From contig JBDRGF010000058.1 in assembly GCA_043818055.1 (NCBI GenBank), forward strand, positions 1 to 37,352: 37,352 nucleotides of DNA, written 5' to 3'. The stretch comes from Pseudomonadota bacterium. GTDB taxonomy: Bacteria > UBA10199 > 2-02-FULL-44-16 > JBDRGF01. Positions 16,876 through 26,827 of this stretch are shown here, piece by piece. Position numbers and translations under genes: made by a program. The notes below the pieces were generated by a model. That model was given only the letters and a program-made list of their open reading frames with translations, made no database searches and was not told the origin of the DNA. The first letter of the stretch is position 1; every line of letters begins with the position of its first letter.

Positions 16876-19800
16876 CTATTTGTTTTGCTCCTTTTGTTCT
16901 TTCAGTACCTCCACACATTCCGCAATGACTTTCAATTCGCCTTCTTCTGCATCGGTGAAAACTATCGGCTCAAAATCCGGATTGTTTGGTTTCAACGTAA
17001 TCTTTGTGTGCCGCCAGTCGTCATCCGTTTGCTCTTTTTCACTTTCATATCGCTTCACGGTATAGCGTTCGCCGGTTTCCGGATCTGAGATGTCACGCAT
17101 CTGGACAAGGACTGTTTTACCTCGTCTGGTTCCCTCAACAGGCGAAACAAAGAGACAGTAGGAGCCATCCGGTATTGCTGGCTCCATCGACTTTCCAACC
17201 ACCTGAGCGACAAACATGCCTTTGCGAAGGCTGTGTTTGGAGCTAATAGCAACCCATTCCCAGTCGCCGTTCTCGACTTGTTGTGGGTCGCTAAAGGCAC
17301 CTGCTGCAACTTTGAGTGGAACCAGAGGCACGCAATTCACATATCGCTCTTCTGGCTTCGGGTAGACAACCTTGAGATGGTGTGCAGAAGAAACTTGATG
17401 TGTCGCACCTGCACTGGCCAAATCTGTTTTATATGTTTGCGAAAACACAGTATCAGAGAGCCATTTTTTGAAATTTGGGTTGTCGCTGAATTGTTTGAAC
17501 AATTCCGTGTGGTCAGAGAGCAAATCAATAACAACCCTTTGCAAGGCACGATCATGCTCTAAACGCGCAGCCGCCTTGTCAGAATGCTTCATTGCATTCT
17601 GGTACTTCACATCCGCCGACACTTTTTCAGGAATTTCTTCGGCAATGATTTTTCGAATTTTATCTTCATCCTTCCAGTCAATATTGCCAAACTGTTCATT
17701 GAATGATTTGACAATATTACTCAGTCTATCCAGTTCGGGTTCCGGTTTGCCTCCACCATAACTGGTAGGCACCGGTCCCACCTCAGAATCTGTATCAGGC
17801 AGCGCAATCCGCATCGTTTCCTTTACCTCATTGCGGTAACTGTCCATGTCGATAGTCTCAAGAATCCCCTTGGACAAATCTTCCTCTACTGGAGCTGGCA
17901 ACTTGGGGACTAGAAAATTGAGAAAAATGGACAGTTTCTCCCAACCGGCATTCGTATAGGGAAGAATAGATGCCAGGAATTGATATGTGCGAACAAATGC
18001 CTTGGCCTTTCCTTTAAAATCTACCTGTCCATTTTCATCCAAATCACTGGTGTAAAATGCAACGCACGCATCCAAAATAGGATCTAGCTTATCGCGCTCT
18101 GCTCCCCCAAGAAACAGGGCAGCCAACGTCTCGACCTGATCAGTGTTATAGACCTGATATCCATCCAACGTGGCCTTTAAGTCATGTAGTTTGTTGGGAT
18201 CTGTTTCTTCACTTAAAACGGTTGTCCGGTAGTAATCGGAAAACGCGAGCGTAATTGTGTCGGTATCATTCATGAAGTCGAGCACAAAGGTGTCTACTTT
18301 TTGAGGGTGGGCGCGATTAAGCCGCGATAATGTTTGGACGGCCTTAACTCCTGAGAGCTGTTTGTCCACATACATGGTGTGAAGCAGGGGTTCATCGTAG
18401 CCCGTCTGAAACTTATCGGCAACGACCAGCAACCGGTATGGATCTTGCTGAAATTTTTTCACGATCTGCGAACTAGGGAATTCATTGAAGGAGGCTTCGG
18501 ACATCTGTTTGCCACAGATCTCACGTTCACCTGAAAATGCCACAATCGGACGATATGGACTCTTACGTTCTTTGAGATATGCGGATATCGCTTGAAAGTA
18601 CTGGATGGCGCGATTGATGCCGCTGCAGATAACCATCGCACGGGCTTTTCCAGCAATCTTTCGCCGTGCAACAACTTGTTCATGAAAATGGTCCACCATG
18701 ATCTCAGCTTTTTGCCTAATTGCATGATCATGTGACTCAACGTAGCGTCGCAGTTTTTTCTTAGCCCTTTTGGTATCGAACTCTGGATCGTCTTCAACTG
18801 TCTTGATAAGCCGGTAATAGCTCTCAACCGGCGTGTAATTGGCCAAGACATCTAAAATAAAACCCTCTTGAATGGCCTGCTTCATGGTGTAGCTGTGAAA
18901 AGGGCGGTGCTTTATCTTGTCTCCGGACGGAATGGGTTCGCCAAAAAGCTCCAATGTTTTATTCTTGGGTGTGGCGGTAAAAGCAAAATAGCTTGCGTTA
19001 CCAAGCATCTTGCGCGATTCCATAATACGGTTGATCGTATCCTCAAATGTCTCATCCTCCTCCTCGCCGCCATTTTCAGCGAGTGCAATGTTCATTTTTG
19101 CTGATGTCCGCCCTCCCTGGCTAGAGTGGGCCTCATCAATAATAATGGCAAACGATTTTCCGCGATGCTCATCGCCAATCTCGTCGAGGATGAACGGAAA
19201 CTTCTGTACTGTGGAGATAATGATCTTTTTTCCCTCTTTTAGAAATTTTCGTAAATCCCCGCTATGCTCAGCATGCCCAACAGTCGCCGAGACTTGCGCA
19301 AACTGCTTGATTGTGTCCTTGATTTGTTTATCGAGGATCCTGCGGTCCGTCACCACAATGACTGACTCGAATGTTGATTGACCACTCTGATCTAAACCAA
19401 TCAGTTGATGTGCCAGCCACGCAATAGAATTGCTTTTACCGCTTCCTGCCGAGTGCTGAATCAAGTACCGTTTGCCAGATCCTCTCTCTTTGGCATCGGC
19501 CAATAATTTTCGGACAACATCAAGCTGGTGATACCGTGGAAAGATCTGTTTGCGTGATTTCTTGCGGCCTTTTTCATCTTTTTCTTCGATAACCTGGGCA
19601 TAGTTTTCGATGATATCTGTAAGACCGACTTTGGTTAAGACCTCTTCCCACAAATAAGCTGTTTTAAGCCCGTTGGGATTTGGAGGATTACCCGCACCGT
19701 CATTAAATCCTTTATTAAAGGGTAAAAACCATGAATCATTCCCTTTAAGATGAGTGCACATCCTCACTTCCTGATCATCCACCGCAAAGTGTACAATGCA

Positions 19801-20358
19801 GCGGCCAAATTGAAACAATAGTTCTTTGGGGTCGCGATCCCGTTTATATTGCTGGATGGCATCGGCAACGGTCTGTTTGGTCAGGCGATTCTTGAGCTCA
19901 AATGTGGCAACGGGCAAACCGTTGATAAAAACACCAAGATCGAGTGAAAGTTGTGTTTCGTCTTTGCTGTACCTTAGCTGCCTCGTTACGCTAAAGATAT
20001 TGGATCGAAAGCGTTCTTCTGCTTTGAGATTGCCGGGGGTTGGAGAGCCATAAAAGAGATCAAGGTGAACCGGACCGTGTTTTACGCCATGGCGCAGGAC
20101 ATCGATGACACCACGCTTGGCGATTTCTCCTTGGAGCCTATGTAAAAACTGAGTTCGCTTGGGGCTTTCTTGCGCTAGGTCGAGCGCATTTGCAACATCG
20201 ACCTGGGTTGTTTCAGTAAACGCTCGAAGTTGTTTGAGATCAATGGAATGGTCGCGATCGAAATCGGCAGGTTCGCCTTTAATATAACCGGCCTGATTGA
20301 CAAGGGATTCAACAATGAGTGTTTCGAGACCTTTTTCAGATGTGTCAGTTGTTCGCAA
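16876..20358 (-). CDS. hsdR: Type I restriction enzyme R subunit with C-terminal S24 (LexA-like) peptidase domain
   Basis: DL..FINGLP....ELKN nuclease motif, [32 protein letters not shown]; last ~160 aa contain [15 protein letters not shown] and TVKRY. Confidence 0.95.
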   Translation of the reverse strand: MRTTDTSEKGLETLIVESLVNQAGYIKGEPADFDRDHSIDLKQLRAFTETTQVDVANALDLAQESPKRTQFLHRLQGEIAKRGVIDVLRHGVKHGPVHLDLFYGSPTPGNLKAEERFRSNIFSVTRQLRYSKDETQLSLDLGVFINGLPVATFELKNRLTKQTVADAIQQYKRDRDPKELLFQFGRCIVHFAVDDQEVRMCTHLKGNDSWFLPFNKGFNDGAGNPPNPNGLKTAYLWEEVLTKVGLTDIIENYAQVIEEKDEKGRKKSRKQIFPRYHQLDVVRKLLADAKERGSGKRYLIQHSAGSGKSNSIAWLAHQLIGLDQSGQSTFESVIVVTDRRILDKQIKDTIKQFAQVSATVGHAEHSGDLRKFLKEGKKIIISTVQKFPFILDEIGDEHRGKSFAIIIDEAHSSQGGRTSAKMNIALAENGGEEEDETFEDTINRIMESRKMLGNASYFAFTATPKNKTLELFGEPIPSGDKIKHRPFHSYTMKQAIQEGFILDVLANYTPVESYYRLIKTVEDDPEFDTKRAKKKLRRYVESHDHAIRQKAEIMVDHFHEQVVARRKIAGKARAMVICSGINRAIQYFQAISAYLKERKSPYRPIVAFSGEREICGKQMSEASFNEFPSSQIVKKFQQDPYRLLVVADKFQTGYDEPLLHTMYVDKQLSGVKAVQTLSRLNRAHPQKVDTFVLDFMNDTDTITLAFSDYYRTTVLSEETDPNKLHDLKATLDGYQVYNTDQVETLAALFLGGAERDKLDPILDACVAFYTSDLDENGQVDFKGKAKAFVRTYQFLASILPYTNAGWEKLSIFLNFLVPKLPAPVEEDLSKGILETIDMDSYRNEVKETMRIALPDTDSEVGPVPTSYGGGKPEPELDRLSNIVKSFNEQFGNIDWKDEDKIRKIIAEEIPEKVSADVKYQNAMKHSDKAAARLEHDRALQRVVIDLLSDHTELFKQFSDNPNFKKWLSDTVFSQTYKTDLASAGATHQVSSAHHLKVVYPKPEERYVNCVPLVPLKVAAGAFSDPQQVENGDWEWVAISSKHSLRKGMFVAQVVGKSMEPAIPDGSYCLFVSPVEGTRRGKTVLVQMRDISDPETGERYTVKRYESEKEQTDDDWRHTKITLKPNNPDFEPIVFTDAEEGELKVIAECVEVLKEQKEQNK

Positions 20359-21718
20359 CGGCCACCTCCTCGTCTATTAGGTCATCAGCCTCTACGATTT
20401 CTTCGTCAATTATGGGCTCTTCTTGTAACTCCTCAACATCAGCATCAAGATCGATATTTTTTGCCAGTTCACGGACATCTATTTTGCCTGTTACGACGTC
20501 TGTTATGAGGCGTGTGCGGTATTCTTTGATGAGGTCGATTTCTTTACGAGCGGTATGAACTGCTTTTTCAAAATATTGAGAAATTTTCTTTATTTTTATA
20601 ACAATATTCTTCTGTTCATCAATAGTTGGTAAAACAACTTTTTGTTTTTTTACAACGCTACCAGTTATAAGCGGTTGGGCGTTTGCATTAGCCAACACGT
20701 TTAAATTCATGGCTCTCATCTGAAAGCTCAAATATTCTATGTCGAAGCAACGGATATTATTTACCCTCAGTGCATTGTCTGTAATCCATGCATTTTCAGT
20801 TATAAGATGTACATTACCACATAATGCACCTACTCTACCTATTACGATAGTTGCACTTTCACTGTTGTAATGATTTGCATAGCCTAGTATGCCGTTACCG
20901 CCTATCACGGGAAAAAGATGGGGTATGTTTTTATTATCGGTTATCTTGTTACCATCTAAGAATGTCCCTGAAGATATACTTATATACCAGCGAAGGGGTA
21001 CAACTCTCCAATGCTCCGGAATCTCCCCAACCCACTCAACACCAGACGCTTTCATTTTTACATTCGGGTCAAGGCCGCGCGTTACAACCTTGTTGATAAT
21101 CGCCTGCTTTTGTTCATTAAGAACCTTGATAAGCTTTTGGCGGTTGCGGATGAAGCGAGCAACCTTTTGCTCAAAAGATCTCAAAAACAGCACTATTGAA
21201 TCTTGTTCAGTCTTCGGTGGCATACAAGAATAGATCATCTTGAAATGTTCAGGTCGCAAACTCCACATATCAGAAGTGATGCCATACGACCATCTCTCAG
21301 CCTCTTTGGCAAAAGCAGGAGTTCTAAATAAATAATGAAAATAATCAGAATTATCATCTTGTCGCAACCTGACTACAATATATGCAGGACTAACTATGCC
21401 ACGATATTTCGAAACCCCAATAGCACCTTGCCAGGCACGCATCTTGTTATAGGCAATGTCTCCCGGGTCCACCAACTTGTACTTTGCCTTATCTAAGTTT
21501 GAAGAGTCTTTTTTTGAAGAATTGGCCAGTAGGTCTTTTTGCTTAAGAATACCTTTGGAAATAGTCACTGACAATAACGGTTCTTCCGTATAGCCTTGTT
21601 TCTTGATCTCTTGAAAGACAGCACGATGCGGTACGCATTCCCAATGTTCTGGAATGTTGCCCAGCCAGGCTTGCTCAGAATCCTTATATTCGGGATAGGG
21701 TTTAAATTCTTGCGTCAT
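20345..21718 (-). CDS. hsdS: Type I restriction-modification specificity subunit
   Basis: Two target-recognition halves each starting W.G.IPEHW; PP..EQ / P..DEQ spacers; [15 protein letters not shown]; acidic tail. Confidence 0.93.
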   Translation of the reverse strand: MTQEFKPYPEYKDSEQAWLGNIPEHWECVPHRAVFQEIKKQGYTEEPLLSVTISKGILKQKDLLANSSKKDSSNLDKAKYKLVDPGDIAYNKMRAWQGAIGVSKYRGIVSPAYIVVRLRQDDNSDYFHYLFRTPAFAKEAERWSYGITSDMWSLRPEHFKMIYSCMPPKTEQDSIVLFLRSFEQKVARFIRNRQKLIKVLNEQKQAIINKVVTRGLDPNVKMKASGVEWVGEIPEHWRVVPLRWYISISSGTFLDGNKITDNKNIPHLFPVIGGNGILGYANHYNSESATIVIGRVGALCGNVHLITENAWITDNALRVNNIRCFDIEYLSFQMRAMNLNVLANANAQPLITGSVVKKQKVVLPTIDEQKNIVIKIKKISQYFEKAVHTARKEIDLIKEYRTRLITDVVTGKIDVRELAKNIDLDADVEELQEEPIIDEEIVEADDLIDEEVAVANN

Positions 21719-23631
21719 GCCGCAGTCCCTCCTGGAGTAATGATTTGATCCAGCAATCCTTCGGCTTCATTTTGGAGTGCAATGAGATCTGTTTTGATTT
21801 CATCTAAAGAACGCAACGGTACGGGTTTATAAAAGTGTTTGGTAAAAGAGATTTCGTAGCCTATTTGAGTCTTGCTATGATCAATCCAAGCATCAGGTAC
21901 GTGGGGCAAGACTTCGCGCCTAAAAAAGGCATCGATGCCGCCTTCTTCTAAAAGCGGAACCTGTTCAGTATCGCGTAAATCGGAGTCCGGTTCATGTTCG
22001 ACACCATTTTTCGTCTTCTTTTTAAGTACCGGAGGGGCATCGGGTGAGGTGCCGTTCTTTTCTCTAAGCTCTTTTAACTCTTTTGCCTTGTAAACTTTGT
22101 TGGGATCTATCCCCCGTATTCGGAGTGGGCGTTCAACCGTTATCTTCCAATACCCAAAAGCCTGATTATCAAAAATCTTCGATTGCTCCGATTCCTCAAA
22201 AGACAAAAACATATCCGAGATTTGTTTGATTTGTGCATCTGAAAATTCACAATTCTTTTTTCCAAGATTCTTACGAAGTGGCTGAAAAATATTGGTGGCG
22301 TCGATTAATTGAACTTTCCCCTGACGTGCTTTAAGTTTGCGATTGGAGAGCACCCAAATGTAGGTGGCAATACCGGTGTTATAAAACATATTGAGTGGGA
22401 GTGCGATGATGGCCTCAAGCCAGTCATTTTCTATAACCCACCTGCGGATATTTGATTCGCCCTGTCCGGCATCACCCGTAAAAAGCGACGAACCATTGTG
22501 AACCTGCGCAATACGGCTGCCGAGCTCGGTGTTATGATTCATTTTGGCGAGCTTATTAACGAGAAACATCAACTGGCCATCACTGGAGCGAGTAATGAGG
22601 GATAACTCGTCACCTTTGTGCTGCACAGCAAATCGCGCATCTGAAAGATCTTTTTTTCCACCCATTCGCTCTAAATCGGTCTTCCAACTCTTGCCGTAAG
22701 GTGGATTGGAGAGCATAAAATCAAATTCCATTGAGGGGAAGGCATCGGAAGAAAGCGTTGAACCATACTTCATATTGTCAGCCGCTAATCCCTCACCCTT
22801 AATCAATAGGTCGGCCTTGCTAATTGCGTAGGTTTCGGGTTGGACTTCTTGGCCGAACAGATGAATCGAAACATCTTTTCCGTGATCCTTGGCTAACTGA
22901 TCGAGTGTTTCTTCGGCCAAGGTGAGCATTCCACCTGTGCCGCAAGCACCGTCATAAACGCGATAGGTGGCATCTTGAATTTTATCGGCGACCGGATAGA
23001 AAATCAGATTCGTCATGAGCTTCACAACATCACGCGGGGTAAAGTGCTCACCCGCTTCTTCATTATTTTCTTCATTAAAGCGGCGGATGAGTTCTTCAAA
23101 GATTGTACCCATTGCATGGTTATCCAAGCCGGGGAGCCTCTCCTTGCCGTCCTGATCAAAGACCGGTGTGGGTGCCAGATTGATATCGTTGGATGTGAAT
23201 TTTTCAATTAAGCTGCCAAGAATATCGGCCTCAACCAATGTAGGGATTTGATTGCGAAACTTAAACTTGTCGAGAATCTCCTGCACATTGGGCGAGAAAC
23301 CGTCGAGGTAGGCCTCGAAATCCGATTTAAGCTGTTGCTGCTTGGATCGTGCCCGTAAATCACGAAGGGTAAACGGGGAGATGTTATAAAAGGCATTCTC
23401 TGCTGCCTGACAGAGGGCCGCATGTTTATTGGCTACTCCAGCCTCATCGAGCTGCTTGCTTAATTTAAGTACGGCTTCTTTTGTGGGCTCCAGGACGGCA
23501 TCAAGTCGGCGAATGACGGTCATAGGTAATATGACGTCGCGATATTTCCCACGCACATAAACATCCCGCAGCACATCATCAGCAATGCCCCATATAAAAT
23601 TTGCAATCCAATTTAGTTTTCCATTTTGCAT
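21715..23631 (-). CDS. hsdM: Type I restriction-modification methyltransferase
   Basis: FIW.IAD..LR, AGEHFTPR.V, YDGACGTGGML, NPPYG, GSSLFTG, MFYNTGI.TYIW. Confidence 0.96.
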   Translation of the reverse strand: MQNGKLNWIANFIWGIADDVLRDVYVRGKYRDVILPMTVIRRLDAVLEPTKEAVLKLSKQLDEAGVANKHAALCQAAENAFYNISPFTLRDLRARSKQQQLKSDFEAYLDGFSPNVQEILDKFKFRNQIPTLVEADILGSLIEKFTSNDINLAPTPVFDQDGKERLPGLDNHAMGTIFEELIRRFNEENNEEAGEHFTPRDVVKLMTNLIFYPVADKIQDATYRVYDGACGTGGMLTLAEETLDQLAKDHGKDVSIHLFGQEVQPETYAISKADLLIKGEGLAADNMKYGSTLSSDAFPSMEFDFMLSNPPYGKSWKTDLERMGGKKDLSDARFAVQHKGDELSLITRSSDGQLMFLVNKLAKMNHNTELGSRIAQVHNGSSLFTGDAGQGESNIRRWVIENDWLEAIIALPLNMFYNTGIATYIWVLSNRKLKARQGKVQLIDATNIFQPLRKNLGKKNCEFSDAQIKQISDMFLSFEESEQSKIFDNQAFGYWKITVERPLRIRGIDPNKVYKAKELKELREKNGTSPDAPPVLKKKTKNGVEHEPDSDLRDTEQVPLLEEGGIDAFFRREVLPHVPDAWIDHSKTQIGYEISFTKHFYKPVPLRSLDEIKTDLIALQNEAEGLLDQIITPGGTAA

Positions 23632-23647
23632 GAGTTACCTCTATCTT

Positions 23648-24478
23648 TTACAGTTTATTTTTTCTGATAGTGACATATCTTATTAGCTCATATGTAGCCC
23701 TACAATAATAGGGCATCAAATTAAAATAACCTTCAACTTCAGTGCGTGTAAATTTGGAGCCGGTTGGATGACCTGCTGAGTTACGGCTGGTCTTAATTAG
23801 TAAAAATATACCTGGAATATGATGCTCAATAGCATCACGTAGTGCGCCATTATCATTCAATATCGTTCCTTTATGCGCCTGAAGATAATTGCTAAATCCC
23901 TCCCATTTTTTATGGATTAGATTAGGTTTTAGAACTTTTCTTTCATACGAATCATAAGTGCTAACTTTTTTTGAGAAGGCCGCCATCAATTCCAATATAA
24001 TTGTCTCGCTGACGTTACCCAACATTGTCATTGTCGCAATATAGCAACCTGATCGAAAACAATGGAGAGCTTCTGTTAAATAGAGTTCGGCTTTTTCAGA
24101 TAAATTGGTGTCGTTCTTTATATTGGCAACGTATCCATCGGGGTCATAAGGCGTTACAATCCCATTTTGAAAACATTGACTCCCATATTCTGTAATTGTC
24201 AGCCACGGCCATGAGTCATTTTGGTTTCCGGGAATCCCCGGCATTAACAAACCCTGTGTAATCAAGGACCACACAATTTGAAGTACAAACTCGGATTCCT
24301 TTCTGTATTCTCTGTTTAGAAAGTCAGAACCATCATCAAACTGGCACCGAATAAAACCAAGCTCCTGTGCACAGAGTGCTGTGCCCCTTAGCACATTCCC
24401 AAATTGAAGTTGCTCCGAGCGTTGGAGAGCCTTTTGAAAAAACAAAAAAACTGCTTTGTGTGTGTCGCTATATTCCAT
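23648..24478 (-). CDS. Hypothetical protein with C-terminal HEPN-like (DUF4145/Abi-like) domain
   Basis: YL.EA..CF..G.Y.A...MLG...E followed by RNSAGHP (Rx4H); N-terminal region ending W..ITEYG resembles a winged helix. Confidence 0.65.
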   Translation of the reverse strand: MEYSDTHKAVFLFFQKALQRSEQLQFGNVLRGTALCAQELGFIRCQFDDGSDFLNREYRKESEFVLQIVWSLITQGLLMPGIPGNQNDSWPWLTITEYGSQCFQNGIVTPYDPDGYVANIKNDTNLSEKAELYLTEALHCFRSGCYIATMTMLGNVSETIILELMAAFSKKVSTYDSYERKVLKPNLIHKKWEGFSNYLQAHKGTILNDNGALRDAIEHHIPGIFLLIKTSRNSAGHPTGSKFTRTEVEGYFNLMPYYCRATYELIRYVTIRKNKL

Positions 24479-24889
24479 TCAAAACCCCAATAACTTTGTA
24501 ATTTGCGCTACCTGTTTGGCTACCTTGGTTATTCCGGCACAGGTCATGACCACCGTGTGAATCTTCTGCAGTTTGCTCTCGCCATTGCGGTCGTTTATTG
24601 CCTCATTGACGGTCTTACGGATGGTATTGGATTTGGGATGATCGCCGATATTCTTGGCGATTGATCTGAGTGCCACATCGAACTGGTTATTCAGATCGAC
24701 TGTCACGCCAACGCCGGGTTTTATGGGGATGGAGATATGCATGCCGACGCTATCATTGGGACCAACCTTACCCCCGATTTGCAAGCCGACCACACGCCTT
24801 GGTCGATCAAGACGCTGTTTGCATCTTGGGCATGAGACGGGGCTTGCTTTTTTGGGCGTCCATTCATATTCGCAATATTCACATTTCAT
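24479..24889 (-). CDS. Zinc-ribbon-containing hypothetical protein
   Basis: CEYC..EW.PK...P..CPRCK at the N-terminus; start set at MKCEYC (24889; AAGGAG upstream). Confidence 0.65.
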   Translation of the reverse strand: MKCEYCEYEWTPKKASPVSCPRCKQRLDRPRRVVGLQIGGKVGPNDSVGMHISIPIKPGVGVTVDLNNQFDVALRSIAKNIGDHPKSNTIRKTVNEAINDRNGESKLQKIHTVVMTCAGITKVAKQVAQITKLLGF

Positions 24890-24926
24890 GGTATGAGCTC
24901 CTTTGACCGGATATTTATTACTATTA

Positions 24927-26084
24927 TTATTCACCTGTCAACAATTTGCTTTTCTGTGTACCCATTGCGTTTGAAAGCCTTATGGGGTCGAATAATTCCA
25001 AATCGTCACTTATCTTTTTCAAAGCACCGGTTATAGGACTGCAATGTCCCTTCGTGCCCATATTGCTTTGCATTCGTTTCAGTGTGGCGGCAGCCGTCTT
25101 GCCCAAAATAGATTTTATGCCCCGTATCCCTATTGTGTCTGTTGCCGTTATCAACCCCAACATCTGCAATGCCGTTGATGGCCGGATGTTTGGGTTGTTC
25201 TTAACGATCTCCTGCAATAGTTCTTCAGGCCTCTGCTTCTCGAACTGCAACCATTTGGCCTCGGACATGATCTGGTTCCAGAAATGGAGAAGGATGGTCT
25301 GCGATGTTTTTTGATTGAGGGCATCTGTGAATGTCAGAGGCGGTTCTATTCCAAGCTTGTGACAGAGCCTTTTGATCTTGGCGCGGCTGTTTAAGCGGGC
25401 TTCCATCCGGAGGACTTCGAAGGGCTTTGGCAAATGGTGAAGCAAGTCTAGCTGAATTGAATTGTCTGATTCAATCGCACGCCTCTCGCTGATTCTGGAT
25501 TGCATGAGGTCTTTGATCTTATCGTAGAAGACGATCTCGTAACTGTTTGCATGATACCGAAGGGCGTGGCCGTTGTTACGATAGTCGGTCTTGTTGAGAT
25601 CAAGGCGGCTGTTCAGATTCAGTTTCGAGAGTTGGCGTAAGACCATTGAGCTCGTTGTGTAATCCGTGAAGACAAAGTTCTTTGAGTAATGGACGGCGGA
25701 GAGTTTCGAATTGGTTACTTGAAATGGCAGGATTTTAACACCTGTTGCTAATGCCTCATTAGCAAAAAACGCGCTATGACCTGTCGTGTTTTTGAGGTCG
25801 TCTTCCTCAAAATTGTTGCCAAAAAGAAGCTTCGGTAGCGAAAATTCAGCACGAAGATATTCCGCATAACCGCCTCTTGCGATACGTTTTGTCAGTGTGA
25901 ATCGCGGTCTATAAATGCCGCGTGCAAGGTCTTCTTTGCTGGGATTCTGAAAACACCTGACGCACCCATTGCGCCCGATTCGATTGGGAGGGGCTTCCAT
26001 CATCCGTGCAGATGGGCTAAAGAGATCAGGCTCAAGAATCTCAAACTGATCCTTCTCAAATGTGATTGCTATCGTATCGATCAT
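24927..26084 (-). CDS. Phage/plasmid replication initiator (gene II/X-like, rolling-circle type)
   Basis: MIDTI start, EFSLPKLLFGNN, IVFYDK..D, VLR.E.RL motifs recalled from the gene II/X replication protein family. Confidence 0.7.
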   Translation of the reverse strand: MIDTIAITFEKDQFEILEPDLFSPSARMMEAPPNRIGRNGCVRCFQNPSKEDLARGIYRPRFTLTKRIARGGYAEYLRAEFSLPKLLFGNNFEEDDLKNTTGHSAFFANEALATGVKILPFQVTNSKLSAVHYSKNFVFTDYTTSSMVLRQLSKLNLNSRLDLNKTDYRNNGHALRYHANSYEIVFYDKIKDLMQSRISERRAIESDNSIQLDLLHHLPKPFEVLRMEARLNSRAKIKRLCHKLGIEPPLTFTDALNQKTSQTILLHFWNQIMSEAKWLQFEKQRPEELLQEIVKNNPNIRPSTALQMLGLITATDTIGIRGIKSILGKTAAATLKRMQSNMGTKGHCSPITGALKKISDDLELFDPIRLSNAMGTQKSKLLTGE

Positions 26085-26352
26085 TGTGTTTCCTCATCAC
26101 GTCTTCAAATTTTCTGACAACAGCCTCTTCAATAATCCTGCCGCACTCGTGTGTGATAGGATGAACGACCGGACGATTGATAATGTTCGATTTTCCGTTT
26201 GGATAGGTCAGCCGATAACCGTCACCGCCCAATCGCTTATGAATGGCTATTGAGCCGACGTATATCTGGCCGTCGATTACAAGACTTGCAAAGCCGACAA
26301 GACCATCACAGGGCTTCACAAAACTGATGTTCACCTCGGATATCTTCATCAC
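26056..26352 (-). CDS. SpoVG-like nucleic-acid-binding protein
   Basis: MKISEVNI......GLVGFAS.VID....V.SIAI, L.YP, HPI..E....IE.AV..KF matches the SpoVG pattern. Confidence 0.8.
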   Translation of the reverse strand: MMKISEVNISFVKPCDGLVGFASLVIDGQIYVGSIAIHKRLGGDGYRLTYPNGKSNIINRPVVHPITHECGRIIEEAVVRKFEDVMRKHNDRYDSNHI

Positions 26353-26527
26353 ATTTTCCCTCTTTATCTGTATTGGCTTTGGCAGCGGAGGACCGCTCTT
26401 TATCGATCTGCATAAGGAGCTCGAAAAAGCTCACAAGATTCATAGCACTCTGGCTGAGTTCCGACTCGGAATCGTGGGGTGAGTATCTGCTGATCGCTGC
26501 CTTGAGCTCTGAAAACGTATCCTCCAT
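26306..26527 (-). CDS. Small hypothetical protein
   Basis: Amphipathic helix ELSQSAMNLVSFFELLMQID; co-oriented ahead of the SpoVG-like gene; start uncertain (26527 or 26563). Confidence 0.55.
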   Translation of the reverse strand: MEDTFSELKAAISRYSPHDSESELSQSAMNLVSFFELLMQIDKERSSAAKANTDKEGKCDEDIRGEHQFCEAL

Positions 26528-26668
26528 ACACAGTAATATGCTTTGGACGAAAACTCCCGGCACTTTTTCATATTTGAAAAGAGAGGTATGAGATTTGAAA
26601 TCTCCGGTATAAGTCGCCCATGTTGGGGTTGGGGGTGATTTGAGGGATGACGAGCCGCCATCCGTAAA

Positions 26669-26773
26669 TTAAGCCGCCTGTTGCCCCAACAGTTCGCGTA
26701 TAGCGGGCACAAGGGGCTCAAAGGCCATGATCTCCTTGAAATACTTGGTTCGGAATGTGTCCACTAGGGGGAG
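26669..26773 (-). other. Detached 3' end of the recombinase gene and right attachment junction (core GGGGAG 26768-26773)
   Basis: Reads LP-LVDTFRTKYFKEIMAFEPLVPAIRELLGQQAA*; its LP codons (CTC CCC) are identical and in phase with LSR codons at 10843-10848. Confidence 0.8.
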
Positions 26774-26827
26774 GGTTTCAAACCCTCCCGAAATCACAAT
26801 CAGGGCAGGTTTAAAACCTGCCCCTAC
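26768..26827. repeat. Inverted GTAG-REP doublet (left copy interrupted by the element)
   Basis: GGGGAGGGTTTCAAACCCTCCCG (missing its GTA, which is at 10840-10842), 11-bp spacer, then AGGGCAGGTTTAAAACCTGCCCCTAC (26802-26827). Confidence 0.88.

Larger units (their letters stand above)
10843..26773 (-). mobile_element. ~15.9-kb integrative element (LSR + replication initiator + defence cargo)
   Basis: Bounded by a GGGGAG direct repeat (10843-10848, 26768-26773); joining the flanks rebuilds a REP and joining the ends extends the LSR in frame; all genes co-oriented; sits between convergent host genes. Confidence 0.88.

Noticed and set aside
10843..26773. Prophage or conjugative element (ICE)
   Set aside because: No structural, packaging, lysis or type IV secretion genes are recognisable.
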